From assembly GCA_028712375.1 (NCBI GenBank), contig JAQTQG010000004.1, positions 5,303 through 69,302 of the forward strand: a DNA stretch of 64,000 bases. The letters run 5' to 3'. The stretch comes from Candidatus Omnitrophota bacterium. GTDB taxonomy: Bacteria; Omnitrophota; Gorgyraeia; Gygaellales; Profunditerraquicolaceae. Below, piece after piece: positions 18,652 through 28,400 of the stretch. The stretch's first letter is position 1, and each line of letters opens with the position of its first letter. Both the position numbers and the translations under genes were made by a program. Below the pieces are notes generated by a model. It was not told the origin of the DNA, searched no databases, and saw only the letters and a list, made by a program, of their open reading frames with translations.

Positions 18652-19709
18652 GTTTAACAAAAATTATTAAAGTCGATCCTTTATCCCTGCAGGATGATAT
18701 TGTGCGCCAGGCAGCCAGGGTTTTAACTGACGGCGGTTTAGTGATCATTCCCACGGAAACGGTTTATGGGATCGCCGCGAATGCCTTGAACAAAAAAGCG
18801 CTTAACCGGCTTTATAAGATCAAGAACCGGCCGAAGAATAAGCCGTTTGCTATTTTGATCGGGCAGGAGCAAAAAGTGCGGGAGCTGGCAGCGGAGGTTC
18901 CCGTAGCCGCTTATAAATTAATGCATGCATTTTGGCCGGGCCCGTTGACGGTAATATTAAAATCTTCTGTTCAGGGTAAAGTCGGGTTGCGCATGCCGGA
19001 TCATCCGGTGGCTTTAGCGATTGCCGCGCAAGCCGCTGTTCCGTTGGCTTGCCCTTCCGCGAATATTTCAGGCCAGCCGGCGCCGGCAGATTTTGAGCAG
19101 GCAATCAAAGATATGAATGGCCTGGTAGACCTGGCGATTGATGCCGGAGCGGCTAAAGTGGGCTTGGAATCGACGGTGGTGGATTTAACGGTTGAGCCCG
19201 CGCAGATAGCCAGAAGCGGGGCAATTAAAGATGACGAAATAATGCGGGTAATTAAATCTAAAAATGTGCTTTTTGTCTGTACGGGAAATTCCTGCCGTTC
19301 GGTTATGGCGCAGGAGTATTTAAAGAAGATTTTGCAGAATGAACACCGGACAGATATTCAGGTTAGCTCTGCCGGGATCATGGCGCTATCCGGTATGGGC
19401 GCCAGCGAAGGCACGCGGGAAGTTTTAGCCAGGGAAGGAATTGATGCCGGTGCGCACCGCAGCCAAAAGGTAACCCAGGAACTGCTGGATCGTTCCGATA
19501 TAATTTTAGCGATGGAAGATGTGCACGAGGAGCAAATATTGCATCTTGCCCCGGAGGTTAAAAATAGGATGTTTTTATTAAAAGAATTTGCTAAAATAAA
19601 AGATAATAACTTAAATATTTCTGATCCTGCCGGAGGTTCTTTGGAGTTTTATCAGGATACTTTTTTAATGATTAAGGATGCTGTAGAAAGAATAAGCAAA
19701 ATATTATGA
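18648..19709 (+). CDS. Fusion of L-threonylcarbamoyladenylate synthase (Sua5/YrdC/YwlC-like) with a C-terminal low-molecular-weight protein tyrosine/arginine phosphatase (YwlE-like)
   Basis: N-terminal YrdC domain (GGLVIIPTETVYGIAANA). C-terminal LMW-PTP P-loop VLFVCTGNSCRSVMAQ (CX5R motif). Confidence 0.8.
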   Translation: MSLTKIIKVDPLSLQDDIVRQAARVLTDGGLVIIPTETVYGIAANALNKKALNRLYKIKNRPKNKPFAILIGQEQKVRELAAEVPVAAYKLMHAFWPGPLTVILKSSVQGKVGLRMPDHPVALAIAAQAAVPLACPSANISGQPAPADFEQAIKDMNGLVDLAIDAGAAKVGLESTVVDLTVEPAQIARSGAIKDDEIMRVIKSKNVLFVCTGNSCRSVMAQEYLKKILQNEHRTDIQVSSAGIMALSGMGASEGTREVLAREGIDAGAHRSQKVTQELLDRSDIILAMEDVHEEQILHLAPEVKNRMFLLKEFAKIKDNNLNISDPAGGSLEFYQDTFLMIKDAVERISKIL

Positions 19710-19779
19710 GCCCCGCACCTTCAGATATTTTAATATTTAATGTGCCGGGTTTAACTGAAAATAAGAAAGAGGGTGCGGG

Positions 19780-20223
19780 ATGGATAAGTTGTTAATTGCT
19801 TCAGATCACGCCGGATTTGTTTTAAAAGAAAAGCTGAAAGCTTACCTGGAGAAAAAATCAATCGGCGTAGAAGATTTAGGTACCTATTCCAAGGATCGCT
19901 GTGACTATCCGGTTTATGCTTATGCGTTGGCCAAAAGAATTTCCGACGGTAAATCCAAGCGCGGGATACTGATTTGTAAAAGCGGGATCGGTAATTCTAT
20001 CGTCGCTAACCGGCTGAGCGGCGTGCGCGCGGCGCTTTGCCATAATCTTAAAATTACCAAGCTTAGCCGCCAGCATAATGACAGCAATGTTTTAGTTTTA
20101 GGTTCAGGATTTGTAAAAGCGGATTTAGCCAAGAGAATGGTTTCAGCCTGGTTAGAAACTAAGTTCGAAGGCGGCAGGCATTTAAAGAGAGTAAAATTAA
20201 TTGACCAGATTAAAAAAAGATAA
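19780..20223 (+). CDS. rpiB: Ribose-5-phosphate isomerase B
   Basis: 147 aa. RpiB/LacAB N-terminus [14 protein letters not shown]. Confidence 0.85.
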   Translation: MDKLLIASDHAGFVLKEKLKAYLEKKSIGVEDLGTYSKDRCDYPVYAYALAKRISDGKSKRGILICKSGIGNSIVANRLSGVRAALCHNLKITKLSRQHNDSNVLVLGSGFVKADLAKRMVSAWLETKFEGGRHLKRVKLIDQIKKR

Positions 20224-20236
20224 GGAGCAAGATAAA

Positions 20237-21484
20237 GTGAAACATTTAAAACAATCAGACCCGGAGATTTACGCAGCGATTCAAAAAGAGTTAGGCAGGC
20301 AGAATGATAATTTAGAGTTGATTGCCTCGGAGAATTTTGCGTCACTAGCGGTTTTAGAGGCGCAGGGTTCGGTCTTAACGAATAAATATGCCGAAGGATA
20401 CCCGGCTAAACGCTGGTATGGCGGATGCGAATATGTGGATATCGTGGAAACTTTGGCGATTGAACGGGCCAAAAGTATTTTTGGCGCCGAGCATGTTAAT
20501 GTCCAGCCGCATTCCGGCTCGCAAGCTAACATGGCAGTTTATTTTGCCGCGCTTAATCCCGGAGACACAGTGCTGGCGATGGACCTGGCAGCCGGCGGCC
20601 ATCTTACCCACGGCCATCCGCATAATTTCTCCGGTAAACTTTTTAATATGGTCGGCTACGGGGTGGATAAGAAAACTGAGGCTTTAGATTATGATGTTAT
20701 CCAGGAATTAGCTAAACAACATAAGCCAAAAATGATCCTGGCTGGAGCTTCCGCTTATCCCCGGACAATTGATTTTAAGCGGTTCCGCCAGATTGCCGAT
20801 AGCGTGGGGGCATATTTATTTGTGGATATGGCGCATATTGCCGGTTTAGTGGCAGCCGGATTGCATCCGTCTCCGGTGCCTTATGCGGAGTTTGTCACTT
20901 CCACCACCCATAAAACTTTACGCGGCCCGCGCGGCGGGTTTATTCTTTGTAGACAGGAGTTTGCCAAAAAAATTGACAGCCAGATCTTCCCCGGGATCCA
21001 GGGCGGCCCGTTAATGCATGTGATTGCGGCCAAAGCGGTAGCTTTCGGTGAAGCGCTGACTGCGGAATTCCGGCAGTATCAGACGCAGCTATTGCATAAT
21101 GCCGAAGAGTTAGCCAAAGCCTTAGAGAAAAAAGGTTTCCGGATTGTCTCCGGAGGCACGGATACGCATTTAATGCTGGTGGACCTAAATCCTAAGAATG
21201 TTACCGGCAAGGATTCCTCCCGGATATTAGGCGAGGTGAATATTACCGTCAACAAAAACATGATTCCTTTTGATGATAAAGGCCCGTTAGTTACCAGCGG
21301 TATCCGCTTAGGTACTCCGGCGGTAACTACGCGTAATATGAAAGAGGCGGAAATGCAAAAAATAGCCAGCCTGATTAATGATGCGCTGGAAAATCCGGCT
21401 AATTCTGAAAAGCTGGAGCAGGTGAAAAAAGAAGTAATTGCTTTAACCAGGAAGTTTCCATTATACGCGGAGTTATTTAAATAA
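20237..21484 (+). CDS. glyA: Serine hydroxymethyltransferase (probable GTG start at 20237 after AAGGAG; track start 20201)
   Basis: SHMT signatures [11 protein letters not shown] and [12 protein letters not shown] (PLP lysine). Confidence 0.9.
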   Translation: MKHLKQSDPEIYAAIQKELGRQNDNLELIASENFASLAVLEAQGSVLTNKYAEGYPAKRWYGGCEYVDIVETLAIERAKSIFGAEHVNVQPHSGSQANMAVYFAALNPGDTVLAMDLAAGGHLTHGHPHNFSGKLFNMVGYGVDKKTEALDYDVIQELAKQHKPKMILAGASAYPRTIDFKRFRQIADSVGAYLFVDMAHIAGLVAAGLHPSPVPYAEFVTSTTHKTLRGPRGGFILCRQEFAKKIDSQIFPGIQGGPLMHVIAAKAVAFGEALTAEFRQYQTQLLHNAEELAKALEKKGFRIVSGGTDTHLMLVDLNPKNVTGKDSSRILGEVNITVNKNMIPFDDKGPLVTSGIRLGTPAVTTRNMKEAEMQKIASLINDALENPANSEKLEQVKKEVIALTRKFPLYAELFK

Positions 21485-21485
21485 A

Positions 21486-21947
21486 ATGAAAAAGAAAATC
21501 CAGCAGCATAAACGCCCTAGTTGGGATGAATATTTTTTAGAGATGGCCGGGTTAGTGGCTAAACGTTCCACCTGCTTGCGCCGCAGCGTGGGCGCAGTTT
21601 TAGTCAGAGACAAAAGAATTCTGGCTACCGGTTACAATGGCGCTCCCAGCGGACTGGAACATTGTTTTGAGGTCGGCTGCCTGCGTTTAAAATTAAAAGT
21701 TCCTTCCGGAGAGCGCCATGAATTATGCCGCGCCCTGCATGCAGAGCAGAATGCGTTAATCCAGGCATCTTTACACGGGATAAGCGTTAAAGGCGCTACT
21801 TTATATGCTACCACGCAGCCCTGTGTGATTTGCGCTAAAATGCTGATTAACGCCGGGATAAAAGAGATTGTAATTACTGAAGGCTATCCGGATAAAATGG
21901 CGATGGATTTTTTAAAACAGGCGAAAATTAAAGTAAGGAAGTTATAA
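21486..21947 (+). CDS. dCMP deaminase (ComEB-like)
   Basis: 153 aa. Zinc-binding HAEQNAL and PCVICAKML motifs. Confidence 0.85.
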   Translation: MKKKIQQHKRPSWDEYFLEMAGLVAKRSTCLRRSVGAVLVRDKRILATGYNGAPSGLEHCFEVGCLRLKLKVPSGERHELCRALHAEQNALIQASLHGISVKGATLYATTQPCVICAKMLINAGIKEIVITEGYPDKMAMDFLKQAKIKVRKL

Positions 21948-22414
21948 TGCGTTGTCCTTTTTGTGGATTTAAAGAAGATAAAGTAGTCGATTCCCGCGCA
22001 ACCGCCGAGGAGTCCGCGGTCAGGCGCAGAAGAGAGTGCCTAAAGTGCGGCAAGCGTTTTACTACTTATGAATATGTCGAAGAGACTTCTTTGCTGGTAA
22101 TTAAGAAAGACGGCCGCCGCGAAGCTTGGGATCGTAAAAAAGTTTTAGCCGGGATTATCCGGGCTTGCGAGAAGAGGCCGGTGAGTGTGGAGAAGATGGA
22201 AGAAGTGGTGACGCAAGTGGAGCACGCCATTCAAAAGAAAAGCGACCGGGAAGTGCAAGCCAGCCGGATTGGCGAGCTGGTCATGGAACGCTTAAAATTA
22301 ATTGATGATGTAGCTTACGTGCGTTTTGCCTCCGTGTACCGACAGTTTAAGGATGTGGGGCAGTTCATGGTAGAGTTGAAGGATATTCTGGGTAAAGATA
22401 AAAAGAAGAAGTAA
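21947..22414 (+). CDS. nrdR: Transcriptional repressor NrdR
   Basis: N-terminal zinc ribbon MRCPFCG...CLKCGKRF followed by an ATP-cone. Confidence 0.9.
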   Translation: MRCPFCGFKEDKVVDSRATAEESAVRRRRECLKCGKRFTTYEYVEETSLLVIKKDGRREAWDRKKVLAGIIRACEKRPVSVEKMEEVVTQVEHAIQKKSDREVQASRIGELVMERLKLIDDVAYVRFASVYRQFKDVGQFMVELKDILGKDKKKK

Positions 22415-22420
22415 ATCTTT

Positions 22421-22520
22421 GGCGGGTCCTGTCTTGGGTATTATTGCATGGACACACCTCGCGCTAATTGGAATTGCGCGAGTGTTCGCCAGGTGGCGAA
22501 AAATACCCAAGCCACCCGCC
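22421..22520 (+). ncRNA. Candidate structured RNA or regulatory element (three-way-junction-like), unclassified
   Basis: Long closing stem ggcgggtcctgtcttgggtat / atacccaagccacccgcc. It encloses hairpin ctcgcgc-TAATTGGAATT-gcgcgag and hairpin ttcgcc-aggt-ggcgaa. No ORF. Strand is uncertain. Confidence 0.3.
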
Positions 22521-22671
22521 ATTTAATTTTTAAGCTTTACTCAGAATAAGGGCTGGGAGATAGGGGCGAGATGCTATTGTGAGGAGTCTGCCTAGGTTCT
22601 GTGGCGGACGACGCCTGCCCGTCACGGTTTGTGGCGGGAAGCAATCTAATAAAACCTAATAAAGTTTAAGT

Positions 22672-22708
22672 AAAAAAAGCCGTTTCTTTTAAGGAAACGG
22701 CTTTTTTG
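22672..22708 (+). terminator. Rho-independent terminator (looks bidirectional)
   Basis: aaaaaaa-gccgtttc-ttttaa-ggaaacggc-tttttt hairpin flanked by A and T tracts. Confidence 0.5.
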
Positions 22709-22789
22709 TTGTTATTTTGTTAGATTTGACCTTTTTTTGCGTCAATTATTGTAGGAAAAGAATAATAACGCGAGAAAGGAGAGGGCAAA

Positions 22790-23818
22790 ATGAAAAGCGC
22801 AATAAGCGAAGAATATATTGATTTCTTGAATGAAATAAAATCGCGCATTGTTACGGCGCGGGTTCAAGCGATTAGGTCGGTCAATAAAGAGCTTATAAAA
22901 TTATATTGGGATATTGGCAAAACTATTGTACAGAGGCAGAAGAAATATAGGTGGGGAGATGCGGTAGTTGTGAAACTCGCCAACGATTTGAAAGAAGATT
23001 TTAAAACAACATTTGGCTTTTCAACCCAAAATCTCTGGTATATGCGTCAATTTTATCTTGAATACAAAGAAGACTCAATTCTCCAACAGCTTGTTGGAGA
23101 ATTACCGTGGGGGCATAATATACTTATTTTCTCCCGGATCAAAAACAAAATAGAAAGAGAATATTATTTAAAGTCATCGGCACAGATGGGTTGGTCAAGA
23201 AATGTCCTTCTTAATCAGATTAAGGCCGGCGCCTATCATTATCAAAAAAGTATGTTGAAACAGCATAATTTTTCAAAAGCTCTCCCGGTTTATCTTAATG
23301 AGCAGGCGGATGAATCCATCAAAAGCGTTTATAACCTGGATTTTCTGGATATCACAAAATCCGTAGTGGAGCGGGAGCTAGAACGCCGCCTTGTAGAAAA
23401 AATTAAGCGTTTTATGCTCGCATTGGGTAAAGGGTTTTCATTTCTTGGCCACCAATATCGTCTCGCGTTGAGGAATAATGAATATTTTGTTGACCTTTTG
23501 TTTTTTAACCGGGTATTGAAATGCTTGGTGGCGGTTGAGCTTAAGACTGGCAAGTTTGAGCCTGAATATGCCGGGAAGATGGATTTTTACCTGCAGCTAT
23601 TGGATGAACAAATAAAGCTGAAAGATGAGAATCCGTCAATAGGCATTATTCTGTGCGCGGCTAAGGATAATATTGTAGTTGAGTATGCCTTGCGCAGTGT
23701 TAAAAAGCCGATAGGAGTTGCTGAATACTATCTTACTAATAAACTTCCTAAATATTTGGCTGGAAAACTTCCTGATGCCAGCGCATTGAGGCTACCGATA
23801 CGAGAGGAATTAAGATAG
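22790..23818 (+). CDS. DUF1016/YhcG-family PD-(D/E)XK nuclease
   Basis: 342 aa. N-terminal region ELIKLYWDIGKTIV...FGFSTQNLWYMRQFYLEY is typical of DUF1016. C-terminal D...ELK motif (VDLLFFNRVLKCLVAVELKTGKF). Confidence 0.75.
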   Translation: MKSAISEEYIDFLNEIKSRIVTARVQAIRSVNKELIKLYWDIGKTIVQRQKKYRWGDAVVVKLANDLKEDFKTTFGFSTQNLWYMRQFYLEYKEDSILQQLVGELPWGHNILIFSRIKNKIEREYYLKSSAQMGWSRNVLLNQIKAGAYHYQKSMLKQHNFSKALPVYLNEQADESIKSVYNLDFLDITKSVVERELERRLVEKIKRFMLALGKGFSFLGHQYRLALRNNEYFVDLLFFNRVLKCLVAVELKTGKFEPEYAGKMDFYLQLLDEQIKLKDENPSIGIILCAAKDNIVVEYALRSVKKPIGVAEYYLTNKLPKYLAGKLPDASALRLPIREELR

Positions 23819-23838
23819 TTACAGTAGAAGGATAAGCT

Positions 23839-24522
23839 ATGACGAGGCAAAACCTAACTATCCGCGATCTGCCCAGGATTGAGCGCCCGCGGGAGAAACT
23901 TATAAAATACGGAGCAAGCAGGCTTTCAAATATAGAATTGTTAGCGATTCTCTTGCGTACAGGTAAACAAGGGGAGAGCGTTTTAGCTTTTGCTGCTCGC
24001 TTTCTGCGTCTGATCAGCTTAGAAAAAATAACCGATCTATCATTTGAAGAATTTAGAAAGGTCTCAGGCATTGGCCCGGCTAAAGCTTGTGAATTGCTTT
24101 CTTGTGTGGAGCTTGGCCGCAGGATTTTTGAGCATAAAAAGGCCCAAATCTCCCAATTACTTTCCCCGGAGGATGTATTTAACAATCTAAAGGATGTCCG
24201 TTTAAGTAAAAAGGAACACTTTGTGGTTTTCTTCCTGGATTCCCGTAATCAGGAGATTAAGCGTGAGATCATTTCGGTTGGCACGATTAATGCCAGCCTG
24301 GTCCATCCGCGGGAGGTTTTTGAGCCGGCAGTGAAATACTTGGCGGTACAGATCATTCTTGCGCACAACCATCCTTCCGGCACCCTGGAGCCATCCGAGG
24401 ATGATTTGGCGGTGAATAAGCGTTTAACTGAAGCCGGGAAAATCCTGGGGATAGAAGTCCTTGATCATATTATCGTTACTAAAGACAGCTTTATTAGTTT
24501 TAAAGAAAAGGGGCTATTATGA
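23839..24522 (+). CDS. radC: RadC-like JAB-domain protein, copy 2
   Basis: 227 aa. LSNIELLAILLRTG HhH and HNHPSGTLEPSEDD JAMM motif. Paralogous to 2735..3415. Confidence 0.85.
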   Translation: MTRQNLTIRDLPRIERPREKLIKYGASRLSNIELLAILLRTGKQGESVLAFAARFLRLISLEKITDLSFEEFRKVSGIGPAKACELLSCVELGRRIFEHKKAQISQLLSPEDVFNNLKDVRLSKKEHFVVFFLDSRNQEIKREIISVGTINASLVHPREVFEPAVKYLAVQIILAHNHPSGTLEPSEDDLAVNKRLTEAGKILGIEVLDHIIVTKDSFISFKEKGLL

Positions 24523-24845
24523 AGAAAAAAGAATTTGACAAGGCACATAAAAGTATATACAATTGTATATACTTTGAATCGGGGAAAATGCTCTCTGGCC
24601 CAATAAGGTGGAATGCGTTAAAGAATATCCGCTTGAAGCTAACCCGGCGTATATCTTTTGAAGAAATTATACATGCTAGATTATTAGATCTTACTGATCA
24701 TCCGAATCGAAGTGACCAAAAAATCTTGGTATGTGAATATAAGGGATATGTGTGGGTAGTGCCATTTATTTTTGAAGAGGATGGTGTTTTTCTAAAAACC
24801 ATATATCCAAGCCGTAAGTATAAAAAATCTTATGAGAAAGGTTAA
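24519..24845 (+). CDS. brnT: BrnT-family (DUF497) ribonuclease toxin
   Basis: 108 aa. W..KN....ISFEE...D...HPNR...EYKGY.WVV.F..EED..FL.TI.PSRK..K.YE pattern resembles DUF497. Start overlaps the radC stop. Confidence 0.6.
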   Translation: MKKKEFDKAHKSIYNCIYFESGKMLSGPIRWNALKNIRLKLTRRISFEEIIHARLLDLTDHPNRSDQKILVCEYKGYVWVVPFIFEEDGVFLKTIYPSRKYKKSYEKG

Positions 24846-25116
24846 TCTTATGAAAAAGAAAGATGATTTTATTAAAAGTATTAAATTAACTAAAGAAGAG
24901 CAGTGGATAGAAGATCATATGGAAGAATTCGTCCCAATAAAAGGCCCGGAGTATGATTTTATCGTAGCTTCCATAGAGCGCAAGAAGAAGGAAATGGTTT
25001 TGAATATGCGCATTAACCGGGACGATCTGGAAGCGATTAAGCAAAAAGCCCGCAAAGCCGGGATTAAATACCAGACGCTTATCTCCGAGATTCTGCACAG
25101 GGTCGCCCAAAATTAA
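24832..25116 (+). CDS. brnA: BrnA-family antitoxin (ribbon-helix-helix C-terminus)
   Basis: 94 aa. Overlaps the brnT end. C-terminal LEAIKQKARKAGIKYQTLISEILHR matches the BrnA GIPYQ.LI..LH signature. Confidence 0.6.
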   Translation: MRKVNLMKKKDDFIKSIKLTKEEQWIEDHMEEFVPIKGPEYDFIVASIERKKKEMVLNMRINRDDLEAIKQKARKAGIKYQTLISEILHRVAQN

Positions 25117-25137
25117 GGTGTTATCACGAGTCTGAAT

Positions 25138-25240
25138 GGATTAGGCTAGTTTTTAGCTTGTGTCATTGCGAGCCCCGCAGGGGCGAAGCGACGAGGGCGA
25201 AACGCCCGAGGAAGTGCCTAGCCCAGAGAGGCTAGGCTAA
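25138..25240. repeat. GC-rich cluster of three near-perfect hairpins in an otherwise AT-rich spacer
   Basis: Hairpins gagcccc-gca-ggggc, gagggcg-aaa-cgcccgag and gcctagcc-cagaga-ggctaggc. The last is a perfect 8-bp inverted repeat. Confidence 0.3.
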
Positions 25241-25296
25241 TCTATCTTTTAAAACTATAATCTTCTACGTTTTTCCTGTCATTTTCCCTCCAAAAG

Positions 25297-25400
25297 TGCT
25301 ATAATTTAAGCTTCTTAGGAGAAATTATGTCTTTATTTAAGTTTGCGTTTAATTTATATTTATAGCTATTTTTAACCCAGCCGTATAAGCTGGGTTTTTG
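25297..25400 (+). promoter_or_regulatory. Putative extended -10 promoter (TGcTATAAT), 12-codon leader ORF (MSLFKFAFNLYL, 25327..25365, RBS AGGAG) and intrinsic-terminator-like hairpin (25376..25400). Forms a candidate attenuator immediately upstream of the PLD-SNF2 gene.
   Basis: All elements seen directly in the sequence. Hairpin cccagc-cgtataa-gctggg is followed by ttttt, 19 nt before the ATG at 25419. Confidence 0.35.
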
Positions 25401-25418
25401 TTTAAGAAAGGTAGTTAA

Positions 25419-28400
25419 ATGCATACAGATCTAACATTCTTTACTAATGAGAAAGATTCAACCTTGCTCCAGCGTTTTAAGGTAACTCTAGAGAATAACA
25501 CTCAATTTTTTGATGTCTTAGTTGGTTATTTTCGCACTAGCGGTTTCTTTCATTTGTATAAATCGCTGGAAAAAGTTGAGAAAATTCGTATTCTCGTTGG
25601 AATTAATGTGGACAGGCAGACTCACGACCTCACCGTGAAAGCCAAAGAAGATCAGCTATCGATTAAATTCTCCCACAAAGAAGCTAAGGATACTTTTTCT
25701 GAGCAAGTAGCGCGTGAAATGGAAGAATCTGAGGATAATGTCGATGTTGAACTTGGCGTCCAAAAGTTTATTGAGTTTATTAAATCCGGAAAACTCCAAA
25801 TCCGCGCTTATCCCTCCGGAGATATTCACGCCAAGGTTTATATAATCCGCAAAGATATTAATAAAAGTGAGGATTATGGGCGGGTGATTACTGGTTCAAG
25901 CAATTTTTCATATTCCGGCCTGCATGATAATTTAGAGTTTAACGTCGAACTTAAAGATAGTAGGGATGTTAAATACGCCCTGGAGAAGTTTGAAGAACTC
26001 TGGAAAGACGGAGTTGATATCTCCGAAAAATATGTTGAAACCATTAATGAAAAGACCTGGCTTAATGATACCATTGTGCCTTACGAACTTTATCTGAAAT
26101 TCCTTTATGAATATTTTAAAGAAAAGATCAACGAGGATATGGACTCGATCTACAAAGATAAGCGTTTCCTTCCTGAGGGATTCATGGATCTAGAATATCA
26201 GGATGAAGCGGTCAAGGATGCTTTAACTAAGCTGGGTGATTACGGTGGGGTATTTCTGGCTGATGTTGTCGGTTTAGGTAAAACTTACATTTCTGCTTTA
26301 CTTGCTCAGCAGTTAGAGGGCTATACTTTGGTTATTTGTCCGCCGGTACTTATGGATTACTGGCACGATACGTTTAGAGACTTTGGCGTTCGTGGTTTTG
26401 AAGTTGAATCTTTAGGGAAATTAGACAAACTTATTGAGAATGGGGTTGAGAAATACCGGAACATCTTCATCGACGAAGCGCATCGCTTTAGAAACGAAAC
26501 CAATCAGACTTATGAGAAGCTTAAACAAATTTGTTGGGGAAAAAGGATAATCTTGGTGTCCGCAACTCCATTGAATAACACGCCGTTTGATATCTTGAGT
26601 CAGATTAAACTTTTTCAGAAAGGCCATAACAGTACCATCCCTAATGTTCGCGATCTTGATAAGTTCTTTGCTGGATTGCAGAAGAAACTAAAATCCGTAG
26701 ACCGTAAGGAAATTAAGAATTATCTCAAATTGGTCAAAGAGAACTCTTTGATTATCCGGGAAAATATCCTTAAATATCTTATGGTAAGAAGGACCAGGAC
26801 TGAAGTTTTGAAATATTTTAAGAAAGACCTACAACAGCAGAGGTTGAAATTCCCGGAAGTTGCCGAACCAAGACGAGTCTATTATCAGTTTGACGCGCAG
26901 CTTGATAAAATCTTTATGCGTACTATTGAGTTGATTAAAAATTTTAAATACACCCGCTATATGCCGCTGTTATATTTAAAGAACCCTGATCCACAGGAAG
27001 TATCCGGTCAGCGCAACCTCGGGCGTTTTATGCGTATATTGCTAGTCAAGCGATTGGAAAGCAGTTTCTACGCTTTTAAGATGACCCTGGATAGATTTAT
27101 TCATTCTTACGATGTCTTCATCAAAATGCTTGATAAAGGTACAATTTATATCAGCAAGAAACACAGTGAGAAGATCTACGAAGCCTTAGAAAATGATGAC
27201 ATAGACAGGATCATGGAATTGGTTGAGCAAGATAAAGTGCAGAAATACGAAGCCAATGATTTTGGTAAACCGTTTAGAGAGAATCTAAAAGATGATTTGG
27301 ATATTCTTCTTGAGATGAAGAAGCTGTGGGATGGTGTTCAAGCTGATCCCAAGATTGATCAATTTAAATCAATTCTTACCAAGGATAAGATACTTAAAGA
27401 AAATAAGCTGATAATTTTCACTGAATCCAAGGAAACTGCCGAGTATTTAGATAGGAATTTAAGGCAAGAATTCGGTGATAAAGTTATATCTTATTCCAGT
27501 AAATCCAGCGCATCGGTCCGTGAAACGATAATTGATAACTACGATCCGAAGCACAAGAACCAAAAAGACGATATCCGTGTTCTTATCACTACCGATATCT
27601 TGGCCGAAGGCGTTAATTTGCACCGCGCCAATGTAGTTATTAATTATGATATCCCCTGGAATCCTACTCGAGTTTTGCAACGTGTAGGCCGCGTTAACCG
27701 TGTTGATACCAAATTTGATGATATCTACGTCTATAACTTCTTTCCCTCGGTTCAGGGCAACAATGAAATCAAGCTGGAAGAAGCGGCCATAGCTAAGATT
27801 CAGGCTTTTCATGATACGCTTGGCGAAGACGCACAATATCTAACCGAAGGCGAGGAGTATACTTCTCATGAGTTGTTCAATCGTTTGAATTCCCAAAAAC
27901 TCTTGGCAGAAGGTGGGGAGGAAGATGAAGATTCAGAATTGAAATATCTTTCTGAGATCAGGGATATCCGGGATAACAATGCTGCTTTATATGAAAAGAT
28001 AAAACGCCTGCCCAAGAAAGCCCGCAGTGCCAAAGTGTATCCTGATTTTAAGGAAGCAGTGGTTACGTTCTTTAAGAAAGGCAAATTGCGAAAGATTTAT
28101 ATTGCTGACGCGAAGGAAGCTAAAGAACTCGATTTCTTCAATGCCGCCGTAATTTTAAAATCTGAAAATACGAAAAAGAAAGAAAAGCTTGCCGCCGATT
28201 TTTACAAGCTTTTGGCTCAAAACAAGGATCAGTTCAAGCTTGCCACTACCGAAGAAGCGCGTGAATTCAAGCAGGAAGGCGGCCGCAGCAATGAGATAAC
28301 GCTTGTTAGAACAATTAAAGCCATTAAGAAGTTTTCTGGGTTTACGGATGAGGACGAAGAATACTTGGAAAGAGTGTTAAAAGCCTTAGAAGAGGGAGCT

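Noticed and set aside
22421-22720. Considered tmRNA, RNase P RNA, SRP RNA or 6S RNA for the structured post-nrdR region
   Set aside because: Too short and lacking the conserved signatures. It has no tmRNA tag ORF and no tRNA-like 3' end. It has no RNase P CR-I/CR-IV blocks and no SRP GGAA-tetraloop domain IV. Kept only as an unclassified structured element.
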